IMG/VR virus record: IMGVR_UViG_3300050120_000152
Span: 248,001 to 312,000 of that record
Strand: one strand, 5' to 3'
DNA length: 64,000 bases
Shown here in pieces: positions 31,501 to 39,740 of the stretch. Under the pieces are notes generated by a model, which saw only the letters and a program-made list of their open reading frames with translations, was not told where the DNA came from and ran no database searches. Each line of letters opens with the position of its first letter. Positions within the stretch are counted from its first letter, which is position 1. The translations under genes and the position numbers were made by a program.

Positions 31501-34500
31501 AAATACTCGTTTTGTGGTATCATCTACATTTAAGCAATTTATCTTTTGTAATTTATTACCATTAAACGTCTCATAATTAAAATTAATAGGATCAATCTTA
31601 AATGATACTATCATCTGATCGTACAAATATTGCGCAGAAGTCTTCCATTCCCATTCATTGGGGTTTCCATCACCAAATGTATAATCTACATTTGGTGTGA
31701 TAATTTCCTGATTTAAATTGGCATCATATGGTGTTCTAATTTTTGCGGCCGTAGTATTCGCACTATTCCAAAAGGGTGGTAATAAATCATCAGGATTATA
31801 ACCATCTAATGTAGGAGTAGCTGCCATATTTACTGGTATGTAAAGATATGTTATTCCAGCTTGGCCTACTAATCCAGAGGACATATTACCATTAGGTAAT
31901 ATTTTACCTGACGGTACTGTACCATTGATAATATTGTTCCACATGAAACCATTCCAATGTCTTATACCAGTATTGTCGTGGTATATAGAATCCCACCATG
32001 TTGGTTTATCTTTATAATTTTGTAATTTCCACGGCTCAAGGTTTGGATATGGGGTTTGGTATAATTTGGTGTACAAACTTTGGTAGCTAGATGCTAAATC
32101 ATGTGACACGTTTCCTGTAACTGGATGTTCTTGAATTGTTGTAAATTCATAGTTCCATGTAAATGCATTGTTTGTTCTGAAATATGTATTCGTCAATGGA
32201 GTAGCAATATTACTATATGATGCCCATGCCCCAAATTGAGTGGCATTTAAATTTATAAATCTATTATTTGTATTATTTGTAGTAGCGTCATATATTAAAT
32301 TATCGTATATTGGACAAGCATCATACAAATTCTGTTCAACTTGTAACATGACATTAGCTAATATTTGATGGAAATCTACCAATTCCCATATAGTTGAAGT
32401 TGCTAATCTATATAATTTTCTAGTTTTTGCAACTGTATTAACACGAATTATTAAACTCCCAAATGACACGCCATTTGGAAATGGCGTGTCATCTGACGAG
32501 ACGGTTTGCTGAATTATACTAACCTGTTGTAATAATGTAGCAAAAAATAATTGAATTACTGATGGTTGAAGAATAATGTCCTGAATATGTCCATCATGGC
32601 ACGATACGGCATTTAGTTTTAATTTATCGTCAAATAAAGTGTAACAAACTTTCTTTTCAGCTAAACCAAAATAGGGAAGTGTTGCAACCCAATTTTCCAT
32701 ACCAACGCCAGTAGATTGATTATAAGTTGTGCTATCGCCAAACCATTCATTAAATTTTTCGTTTGATTTGTAAATGGTTATTAACAAATTATTTAAATAT
32801 GTTTGAAAAGATGATAGCGATGTATATGAAGTTTGATTTACTAATGATGATACAATATTTTTTATATATTCTTCTTGAATGAAATTATATCCATTTAAAT
32901 ACTGATCATGGCCGAATTGTATCAATTGTAGCGGGTTTACATTATTAACTAATGTAGATGATATAGATAAATCCATCCCATTATTATGTTCTTTAATTGT
33001 ACCACCTAATCCATAATTTATATTATCACTTAAATGAATTTGATTGATGTTTGTAGAATTTGGCACCCCCGGTACTTTTTGTGCTAAAATAATACTATTA
33101 AAATGTGATAGACATTCAGACAAATTAATATCTGATCTAAGTTGATGATCAATATTATAATACCATGGATTAGGCAATTCCCATGAACCATCAGCTAATA
33201 ATTGTGGAACATATTGCTCATTGTTTAATCCACGTTTCCATATAGTTTGCAATGGATAATTTGGTTGTGAAAAGTTTTTATATGAATATAATTCACCTGT
33301 ATCTGGATTAGATAGTTCTTGTACAAACCCATAATCATTCGTTAATGTATTATTGACGATTCGCTTAAGAATATAATTATTAACGGGATAAGTTTGATCT
33401 TCACGATATGTAAATATTCGCGATGCTATGGTTTCGGCCTTTCCTTCTACATCATATACAGTAAACCAAGGGTAAATATTAGTGGTATCCTTGCTTTGTT
33501 CAATTTTTCTAAATGATGTTATATTCAACAATTCATACGGAATCGTAGGGTCTACTAGGTTAGCATTAGTAACCATAGTTACAGCACGACGGCCAATATC
33601 ACTCAAAGCATATTCGCCCAGTTCAATACGGAGTAAATCATCTTTACCTAACGATACTGATTGGTCAAAAATGATAGTACCGACATAATCAGGGTAAATA
33701 TCGGATCGGCTATCTTGATAATTACCGTATTGACGAATATTATTAATATACACCCGAAGATCGCCTTCCTGATAGTCATCATAAAGAACTAACTGATGTA
33801 AGGAATTGTCAAATCTAATAGCAACACCAATATTATAATCATTTATATAAGAGAATGTCTGCCACATCAAACCGACATTGGTTTCATAACCTGCTCCTAT
33901 ATTAGAATAGGATGTTACGAAGACTTGTAACATGGGGTTAGGTACTGGTGCAATACTTGTTGCAGATACATCTTTAACACCGTAGAACATCCAATGTTTA
34001 TCATAACCCAACCATTGATCACCGGCTACTGTTTTTTCTGGCCCAACGGAAGACCCAACCGGAATATCAAATGGATTTGCTATATTCACCGTTAATGTTA
34101 TATAGGATTGATACATTGAGTTAGGAGTTTGCTGGGTATAGGCTACATTGGATACGACATAATATCCATTATTACCTACTGTACCCGATATCTTTATTCT
34201 TGAACCAATGGCAATATCATTGGTAACATTACCTAATGAGGGTGCCAATAAAATAGTATTTTCAGTTACAAAAATATAAGCCGGATTCAATGGATCGATA
34301 TTAGTGATATCTGAAATTTCAAATAATGTTGGTTCGAAAATAGTGTCGGAATAGATGTTAGATGTTAATGTTCTATATTTCCAATTATAAGTCGTTAATG
34401 ACGTTGTAGATAGCTCTAGGAATGGATCGAACTCTATGATAGGTAGTTGTGCGCGAATTTTACCAGAGAATGACTGTAACTCATTCTTATGAACCCACTG

Positions 34501-36021
34501 ATTGCTTGCTGACCATGGATCGGTTTGCGTTAATGACAATTTATATCGTTGATGTGCCGCTTCAACTAATAATGAAATATGATATACTTGTGGCACCCAA
34601 TCGTGTCCAGACCATTGCATAATTACATCATTCACCGAATCTATCCATATTTGATAGATTGTGGGGAACGATGGCGCAGTTGCACTTACGAGATAATCAT
34701 ATATGGTTTGTCTTACGATAGTGTAATGTAAATCTTCTTTAGTGAACATACGAATAGCGGCATCAACACCAATAAAATTATGTTGCACGGAAATAATGGT
34801 ATATGATCCGCTATTAGCACCATTAGTTAATTGTAAAATATCTCCCGGTCTGATTTCATTTGTAATAAAATCATAAGTAGTATCGTATATACCATGATTA
34901 CCTAAGAAAGAATACCCGTTGGTTGAACTCAATAACGGCAAATTCCTATCCCAGATTAATGATCCTAAATTGATATCATTCCACATGGAATTATATTGAA
35001 TAATAGAATCATCTGTGATGGAATTATATTCAGCATCCGCCAATGATGCCATAGGCATCATTGAAATTGTATGCCATGCGTCTGCGGCTGCAACAAGTTG
35101 ATTTACTATAATCTTTGTACTATTAGTAGAAACATTGAAGGTTGATGTAGTAGTAGACCATAACGTATCATAAATGATATTAGATTTGGTTAAAAATATA
35201 TAATCTTTAGTAAATATTTCACTTAAATCTCCCGCAACTATGAATGAATTATCATTACCTGTAGACAATATAGATAATCCAAAATTACACATTCCGGTGA
35301 ATGTACTTCCATCCATATTATTCAATACACTAATTTGTGTTAAGCCTGTGGTAGGATTTAATGATATGGATGATATTTGATTAATCGCTGAGCCTGTAGT
35401 ATTGTTGTTTTGAGTCAATAATATATAATCATATGCCTTGAAAGACGATAAAATGTTTCCTTGGACAGTTATGTTAAAAGAATCGAGTTGGGTAACCGCA
35501 AATACTGGATTGACCTTGTTTATAGTATTTTTATATTCTGTACTTCTACCCAATGCCCAATTAGTTTCATTTTTTATGGTTATATAATCGGGAACATCAT
35601 TAATATTGGGAGAATTCCAATAATAGTCTTGATAATTAATTAATTTATCAATGTCGATAGGTGGCGCATAGTTAAATTGAAGAGTTTTACCCCATTCATT
35701 AAATTGGGTAATATCTACATCAAGTCTAGACAAACGTTGTAAATAATCTTGAAAAGTTAAATATGCTGTTTCGGAACCTACGGCAACAGATGCCACCGGC
35801 TGTAACTGTTCAGTCTGACGATAAATTGTTTTTTCTATGATTTGCTTTAATGGATTATTTGGATCAACATCACCGATAATACCAACAACATGTTGGTATT
35901 CATCCTTTGTTAAAAAACGATTGAACAAATTTTCATTTATATTTTTAAGAAAAGCCGACTGAAGTTGCGCTGGCAGATAATCATTTAAATTTGTTCGTTG
36001 CTTTGTGTAATCACTCATCAA
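25522..36021 (-). CDS. Giant baseplate wedge protein (3499 aa) with C-terminal TP tract, LamG-like domain, TP tract
   Basis: Follows gp6-like gene; N-term PPIDIDKLINYQDYYW; FFKTSW near end of core; NPLVYYKFDD...GGIDNFSFYG.AL LamG-type domain. Confidence 0.75.
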   Translation of the reverse strand: MMSDYTKQRTNLNDYLPAQLQSAFLKNINENLFNRFLTKDEYQHVVGIIGDVDPNNPLKQIIEKTIYRQTEQLQPVASVAVGSETAYLTFQDYLQRLSRLDVDITQFNEWGKTLQFNYAPPIDIDKLINYQDYYWNSPNINDVPDYITIKNETNWALGRSTEYKNTINKVNPVFAVTQLDSFNITVQGNILSSFKAYDYILLTQNNNTTGSAINQISSISLNPTTGLTQISVLNNMDGSTFTGMCNFGLSILSTGNDNSFIVAGDLSEIFTKDYIFLTKSNIIYDTLWSTTTSTFNVSTNSTKIIVNQLVAAADAWHTISMMPMASLADAEYNSITDDSIIQYNSMWNDINLGSLIWDRNLPLLSSTNGYSFLGNHGIYDTTYDFITNEIRPGDILQLTNGANSGSYTIISVQHNFIGVDAAIRMFTKEDLHYTIVRQTIYDYLVSATAPSFPTIYQIWIDSVNDVIMQWSGHDWVPQVYHISLLVEAAHQRYKLSLTQTDPWSASNQWVHKNELQSFSGKIRAQLPIIEFDPFLELSTTSLTTYNWKYRTLTSNIYSDTIFEPTLFEISDITNIDPLNPAYIFVTENTILLAPSLGNVTNDIAIGSRIKISGTVGNNGYYVVSNVAYTQQTPNSMYQSYITLTVNIANPFDIPVGSSVGPEKTVAGDQWLGYDKHWMFYGVKDVSATSIAPVPNPMLQVFVTSYSNIGAGYETNVGLMWQTFSYINDYNIGVAIRFDNSLHQLVLYDDYQEGDLRVYINNIRQYGNYQDSRSDIYPDYVGTIIFDQSVSLGKDDLLRIELGEYALSDIGRRAVTMVTNANLVDPTIPYELLNITSFRKIEQSKDTTNIYPWFTVYDVEGKAETIASRIFTYREDQTYPVNNYILKRIVNNTLTNDYGFVQELSNPDTGELYSYKNFSQPNYPLQTIWKRGLNNEQYVPQLLADGSWELPNPWYYNIDHQLRSDINLSECLSHFNSIILAQKVPGVPNSTNINQIHLSDNINYGLGGTIKEHNNGMDLSISSTLVNNVNPLQLIQFGHDQYLNGYNFIQEEYIKNIVSSLVNQTSYTSLSSFQTYLNNLLITIYKSNEKFNEWFGDSTTYNQSTGVGMENWVATLPYFGLAEKKVCYTLFDDKLKLNAVSCHDGHIQDIILQPSVIQLFFATLLQQVSIIQQTVSSDDTPFPNGVSFGSLIIRVNTVAKTRKLYRLATSTIWELVDFHQILANVMLQVEQNLYDACPIYDNLIYDATTNNTNNRFINLNATQFGAWASYSNIATPLTNTYFRTNNAFTWNYEFTTIQEHPVTGNVSHDLASSYQSLYTKLYQTPYPNLEPWKLQNYKDKPTWWDSIYHDNTGIRHWNGFMWNNIINGTVPSGKILPNGNMSSGLVGQAGITYLYIPVNMAATPTLDGYNPDDLLPPFWNSANTTAAKIRTPYDANLNQEIITPNVDYTFGDGNPNEWEWKTSAQYLYDQMIVSFKIDPINFNYETFNGNKLQKINCLNVDDTTKRVFSHKDTIFHGDIDANGKAFYSNGLNQWYINYNRYHGYDGEASQFRSYWKTWDTQLSYLIGSYIDTPSLNIDNENFDITNKDYTINVKKTFGFNDISFDSLIGTVLNSPSKYSKTRNLGTGWTVQFGSTSPTNTNILYYPKENFGFKSLTGNPVFEISVYDIIDAGIATPATISTINYSETADLSNSTNYIGTMSYTASISIGSDSIILTLNTTNAPTISAAIITLNDQLGTAASAYLSNGNIVIQANTTITINDNGLFSTLHDNYAGISASINTGFLFQQYFDLSGNLTTSFVEGTSFVINHSTQFNGTYTIKSIYYDIANSSTKIFVNETITLTSDTIDGQIYPSVRRTLPDDWVTGTELYLTTDTALPAPFNEFIPYYLIRLDNYSFSLSNNPDAALANKGAITPLTTSLSAPFVGRIQTTFKALGGNAVNTSWRKHYSDTRTIINASQPLYITNIQQMIDFIDGYSDYLASIGFSTMTEDIDNSDPNTGRLNDWQLEIEYFIDWLYVLSTSQQTTDLEYQIKSDYVNSRFLYTDSNVSIPSAQINKAQRVVITASDASILPQPFDNPLKQFVPYYVIPSSDGMGFQLAYTNSDALAGIFIPFSTSGSGISSFKIYRPQINYPQFLINPYKKAMRINHSQGILSDVIGNDRNDILTNQRIYNQYGQMLTHDKLMVLRHDEYSQISLTNEQIISNTISAFPSYIAGIHAFIDAYEHILSLNNYSVSNNLIYDSFLGLRTPRFFVEFNRQPGMTLRPNTGGFIIHNDDLMQNFESAVTDLRYMYDTYNVLESKPLIKEVRKSLGYSGQSDYMADLNVNSKSDFIFWRGMIKNKGTNLAIDAYTNQSLFNKATLDEFWVYKLARFGDSKEKDYIELKLKRSDSIGAEFRAEFIAPDENALDDTFTGIALTDNTRWWDQPDVLNKIAPNQSYFFNASVKQIISLQESDLLYINSRIILSLGDIYDGVIITYLDANGNTKSLVNQQDYTMINNQVVVFSTDPTILNNVQISCLIYNYNAQNSSVFVDKTAGVIVNQIAIWNPALNQHDQYAYSLVDIKTAYDPATYSIDFTGNIYNDVWLKYKAGKVWMDTTELDYIPYFDHGVFPNINDRIANWGKLSNIGKLNLYQWTESLVPPSEYTSQYPNSGTPIVNLYYNEGSITNPNWNQVSDQRFSILAALIQTTTVVPFSGSVNIYRNGTYDLSVDLTLYNFYDYMYGALLPGQINKPDIQDYITVVLPAPIPTADDITNMVYKYDTPYSTTYVVSNTNGALVPYYYFWVNGSPTTITNTSNYQSTIIQAQSDLITNPNPYMILSGMRYNDDGYGIVFGDVFDGAAYDLPARFNKMIIRGLKGLVNDDNRYALRFTRDFTLRDRMPINGDIYDYSTTNPVKSPLALKNVHYEWKMFRKNQSQKIDLYLWEKLISALVGYPVSNKIIDTTITLPTLDRILFDNIYGTDTKYGMGVEQIFTSSSLTLATIQSILNDPTQDFINIDINSFLAINNFDNINNIVNTMYVIYDNFDISNINYIYFAAFNDAMSLKKNSADFFKTSWVAIDVSQNVNVSDINPTTIINNILPGGACDIADNIAVPTQPPLPSPSPTPSITPTITVSTTITPTVTVTPSLTPTISLTVSTTITPTTTITPTTTPVATGTPVPTATNTPTPMATNTPTPTPTITPTITTTITPTITPTLSPVPISMYDSAVMNDNPLVYYKFDDLATSTALDSSLYGNNGYYNGNITLGEPGLIAGSVRSILFNNDFTQNNMVLGTYGSFLDIPGDFTFEITTNATTAEQHAAIPMLVYIPYNTSSQQPQMQLAIDPSTGKFAFRIATTDFPAAEIQSTTSADGSSYVITCRRMNDEMCIFVNGIEETSIPVTGNNLFSNTYGINIGGSPFYIPSINNFVGGIDNFSFYGAALTDDSIFAHYEAISGVGITPSPTPTLTPTITITPSITPTISVTPTITITPTITATATVTPTITPTLTATVTVTPTITLTPTPT

Positions 36022-36083
36022 GAGAATCCATCATTAGATTGTATGATCTATTTATTCACGGAAACTTAAAGTTTTTTCTGTGT

Positions 36084-38978
36084 TTAAAATTGTTGAAGCA
36101 TAGAAGGAGTCAGTGAAGTTACTATGTTAATATTATCTACTGATATACTTGGTTGAATAATTTCATTTTCCTTTGCATATACTTGAAACATATCACCGAA
36201 TATATGTGTGTTATAGGTTGGGACTAACACAATGGAACTTATATCATTTGGTAATGTAGTATGAATGTATGTTGCAAGTTCGGTGAAATAAAATGTTTGA
36301 CCAAATTCCCATTGATTGATATCAAAATATGCGTTGATAGCGTCTACAATAGCGGTCTTTACCTGATTATTGGTAAGTGTTGTATTTTGTGATCTTATAA
36401 CCTTAAACGATGCTTGCAAGGTGTTATTTGCGTTAGCACCAAATAATACTTTAATACTCCCCGAATGTAATATAATCTCATCACTAATCATTTTACTTTG
36501 TAGTAAATATCCATAATCATTTTTCAATTCAAATGGGGTAGGTGGGGTAGGTTGAATTAATATTTGCCCTGTTAACCATTGACGTAATAAATTATAATAT
36601 CCACGAGTAATTATATACGAATCTATTATATTCGATGGTGCCGGGTCAACCAAATGATAACGGGGTGTTCTATGCATCCATAAGAAATTGATATTCTCTC
36701 TACCCATCTCAACTTTCCATAGATTGGTACCAGCAGTTTGATCGGCATTATAGGATGCTACAGTAGCTGTCGAATATGGGACATATGACCATTCACATCC
36801 TGATACACACGCTCTATTAAAGTACACTAGTGTAGCCGGGGATATCAAATAAGATAATGTGACATAATCTGGTATACCATCACCATTAATATCGCCCGGT
36901 AATAATATTAGATCATTGATACTATCTAACCCTTTATTTTCACCTGTTTCATAGACATATTGACTAACAACATTTAAATTATAATTAGTAGTTAGTATAT
37001 GGTTATTTGGATCAGTGTTAGCAGATAAAACTACAATTTGGTCATAATTACCATTTAAAGTATCATAAGTGATAGTTTTAGCTTCAGTATTGGTAATCCA
37101 AAAATCCAATCCACTACTATGCATAATAACGCGTTTAGCTAGAAATTGTATATCCCAATAATAATCAGTTTGTGACTCTATAGAAATCCAATAACTTTGT
37201 GGTACTGTTAGCGAAACCTGCCATGTATTAGTAGGAACATCGTAGTTTAAATAAACTGTTTGTGGTAATGCATTAACCGCGTTAGATAATGCAGCCTGTA
37301 TTTGCATGGCTTCCAGTGTAGTAAATTGTGTGCGGATAAGTTGGGGTATAACACCAAATAGTAATGATTTTGTATAAAATTCATCTGTTGATAAAATAGG
37401 TTGAATATAGTTTGTAACCAATGCCATAGTTAAATTAACATTAGCGCCAAAATCTGGAGCAGGTAATGATCCGGGTGCTATTAACTTATCAACGGAATAA
37501 CTATTAAAATATATAACACCATCATCAGAAAACATTTTTACATTATCATAATATTCTCGTGGATCATGCCATTCAATATATTTTGAATCACCGGCAAATG
37601 TTCTATTAATAGCTCGTAATTTTAATATAGAATTATCTTGTAACATGAATTGATTATAATCTTGACCATTAACCATACGATCTTGAGTATAATATGCTGC
37701 TGGTGCTATTCTTCGGATATGTTCTATATCTTCTGATGGTGAAGCATTCTGGATAGAATCAACAAGTGAAAACGCAAATGTTAGTGTTTGTTTTTTGCCA
37801 TTATTGTCAGCATAGGCGATACTATTTGACATATTTTGAATAGCATTAGCAGGAATGACGGCATCACTATTTGCCGATATTCTTGACCATATTTCAAATG
37901 ATCCAGATGGAATAGCTGCGAAATTACCGTCACCAAATACTAATCTAAATTCATCATTATCTAAGGTTTCAATTTCATACTTATTCATGTTAGTATTAGT
38001 ATTGAAAATAATGTTTTGACCGTTGGCTACGTCAACCTGCATCCACTCGCCTGCACGAAGAGTACTACTACCATCGCCAACAATAATAGCACCATTAGAA
38101 TCGATATTATTTAACCATACGTCAGTATTATTAGAATTTTCTATCAAAACATCAAATGTTTGGTTTGGTGTTACACCATCAAATACAGTTGTAGTGCGCT
38201 GTAACTTCCCCTGTTTTGTAAAGAAAAAGAATCCAGTATTATCGGAGGCGTCACCAAGACCATCTGAAAGATATAGAATATTCGTACCTAAATTCTTTTC
38301 AGGCCGTTTTTCGTAAGGCCCATTAACATCCAATGATGCACTAACCAATTCCATTGGATAGGTAACCCCAGATACGTTTATATTATATGATATTACATTG
38401 TTATTTAATGGGTTATTATTTAATCCATAGAGTTCAAACACCACATCTTGTACTTGAATGCGATCTGATGGTAAAACTGAACCAAAATTTTGTGCTAATA
38501 CTCGATTGAGGACAATGAGAAATTGATCTTTCCATTGAGAATTGTTAGGATCATTCCATAAAATAGTAATATTGGTTAAATTATTACCACGAGAATCAAA
38601 TACCGATTCGGTAGTCGATATAGATGTAATTTTTACTAAACCTCTAGCTGGAATATTACGCGATGCATTGTATGATAATAATTTAGCTAATCGCAATACA
38701 GATTCTTTTCTATCTGCTTGAGTAACAATATTTTCGTGAGCATTCATATCTTGTCGATATGCTATCAATTCACCAACATAAGCAAATAATTCTAATATAG
38801 CAATAAGTTCTGAAGATTCAATATAATCATTAAAATCTTCTTCAGGATAATATAATTTCAAATAGTCAAGTAATGACTTTTTGATGCTATCAAAATCCCA
38901 AGCAGTAAAATTAATTTGTTGGAAGGCTGTGTAAGCCATTTCCCATGTTTCTGCTCGGTTAATTACTCTGGCTACCAT
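36084..38978 (-). CDS. Baseplate wedge subunit (gp6-like)
   Basis: DFDSIK..L..Y, FNDYIESS, ESVLRLAKL.SY, FGDG.F..IP, EDIEHIR..AP, TQDRMV..QDY. Confidence 0.88.
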   Translation of the reverse strand: MVARVINRAETWEMAYTAFQQINFTAWDFDSIKKSLLDYLKLYYPEEDFNDYIESSELIAILELFAYVGELIAYRQDMNAHENIVTQADRKESVLRLAKLLSYNASRNIPARGLVKITSISTTESVFDSRGNNLTNITILWNDPNNSQWKDQFLIVLNRVLAQNFGSVLPSDRIQVQDVVFELYGLNNNPLNNNVISYNINVSGVTYPMELVSASLDVNGPYEKRPEKNLGTNILYLSDGLGDASDNTGFFFFTKQGKLQRTTTVFDGVTPNQTFDVLIENSNNTDVWLNNIDSNGAIIVGDGSSTLRAGEWMQVDVANGQNIIFNTNTNMNKYEIETLDNDEFRLVFGDGNFAAIPSGSFEIWSRISANSDAVIPANAIQNMSNSIAYADNNGKKQTLTFAFSLVDSIQNASPSEDIEHIRRIAPAAYYTQDRMVNGQDYNQFMLQDNSILKLRAINRTFAGDSKYIEWHDPREYYDNVKMFSDDGVIYFNSYSVDKLIAPGSLPAPDFGANVNLTMALVTNYIQPILSTDEFYTKSLLFGVIPQLIRTQFTTLEAMQIQAALSNAVNALPQTVYLNYDVPTNTWQVSLTVPQSYWISIESQTDYYWDIQFLAKRVIMHSSGLDFWITNTEAKTITYDTLNGNYDQIVVLSANTDPNNHILTTNYNLNVVSQYVYETGENKGLDSINDLILLPGDINGDGIPDYVTLSYLISPATLVYFNRACVSGCEWSYVPYSTATVASYNADQTAGTNLWKVEMGRENINFLWMHRTPRYHLVDPAPSNIIDSYIITRGYYNLLRQWLTGQILIQPTPPTPFELKNDYGYLLQSKMISDEIILHSGSIKVLFGANANNTLQASFKVIRSQNTTLTNNQVKTAIVDAINAYFDINQWEFGQTFYFTELATYIHTTLPNDISSIVLVPTYNTHIFGDMFQVYAKENEIIQPSISVDNINIVTSLTPSMLQQF

Positions 38979-39001
38979 TTTGATCCTGAAATTAGTCTAA
39001 T

Positions 39002-39009
39002 TATTTATA
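39002..39009 (-). promoter_or_regulatory. Late promoter TATAAATA (gp6-like)
   Basis: Exact consensus overlapping the gp25 stop codon. Confidence 0.65.
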
Positions 39010-39382
39010 CGGAGCTACTAGCAAAATTAATTTGTATACTCATTTGATCGCTATAATTCAAATAAGTATAATATACATCGGCAAATACCATCAAAGCATT
39101 TTGATCATATAATGGAATGACTCGCAAATCTTGTAATTGTACGCGAGGCTCATTTTTAAATACTGTGGTGATATCTTCTTCAACTATATACACCGTAGTA
39201 TCATCCAAGGGATCAAACATAAGATCGGGAATGCTGGTGCCATAATTAAACATCATCACACGTTCCCCTCGGCGAGTGTAAATATTATTAAGTATATCTT
39301 GTTTAATAATATCCACATTTCGCATTATCAAATCTTTATTATACTGATATTGTAATGATGAAAATCCAACGTATGCGTCCAT
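39005..39382 (-). CDS. Baseplate wedge gp25-like protein
   Basis: IKQDILN.IYTRRGERVM..YGT.I..LMFDPLD, EPRV. Confidence 0.92.
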   Translation of the reverse strand: MDAYVGFSSLQYQYNKDLIMRNVDIIKQDILNNIYTRRGERVMMFNYGTSIPDLMFDPLDDTTVYIVEEDITTVFKNEPRVQLQDLRVIPLYDQNALMVFADVYYTYLNYSDQMSIQINFASSSV

Positions 39383-39411
39383 AGTATACTCTATAATCTA
39401 TTATTTATCTT

Positions 39412-39738
39412 TTATCTGCGCCAGAACTGACCGCGCGGTAAAATATCAATACCTTCAACACGATTAATAGATTTTGATGATTCACCGCCATCATCTACGA
39501 ATTGTGGATTGTGACTAGTATTATACTTACATTCTGGGTTAGGTGAATTTGCGGATGGGGTATCTCCCATCATAGTTCTAGGCCATGGTTCATGTGCGGG
39601 AACCCTATTAGTCCAAGGTGCAGCATCAGTAAAAGACAAACATGAAGGTGTTGCGGCAGTAGGCAGTACACCAGCATAGGATGAGCCTAAATTAATTGGA
39701 GTAAACCCTGTAACTACATTTTCATTTATGCTTATCAT
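39412..39738 (-). CDS. Small spike-associated protein (possible separated gp5 C-terminal/tip module)
   Basis: RVPAHEPWPR motif; own SD (AGAGGA), starts 2 nt after gp5 stop. Confidence 0.5.
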   Translation of the reverse strand: MISINENVVTGFTPINLGSSYAGVLPTAATPSCLSFTDAAPWTNRVPAHEPWPRTMMGDTPSANSPNPECKYNTSHNPQFVDDGGESSKSINRVEGIDILPRGQFWRR

Positions 39739-39740
39739 AA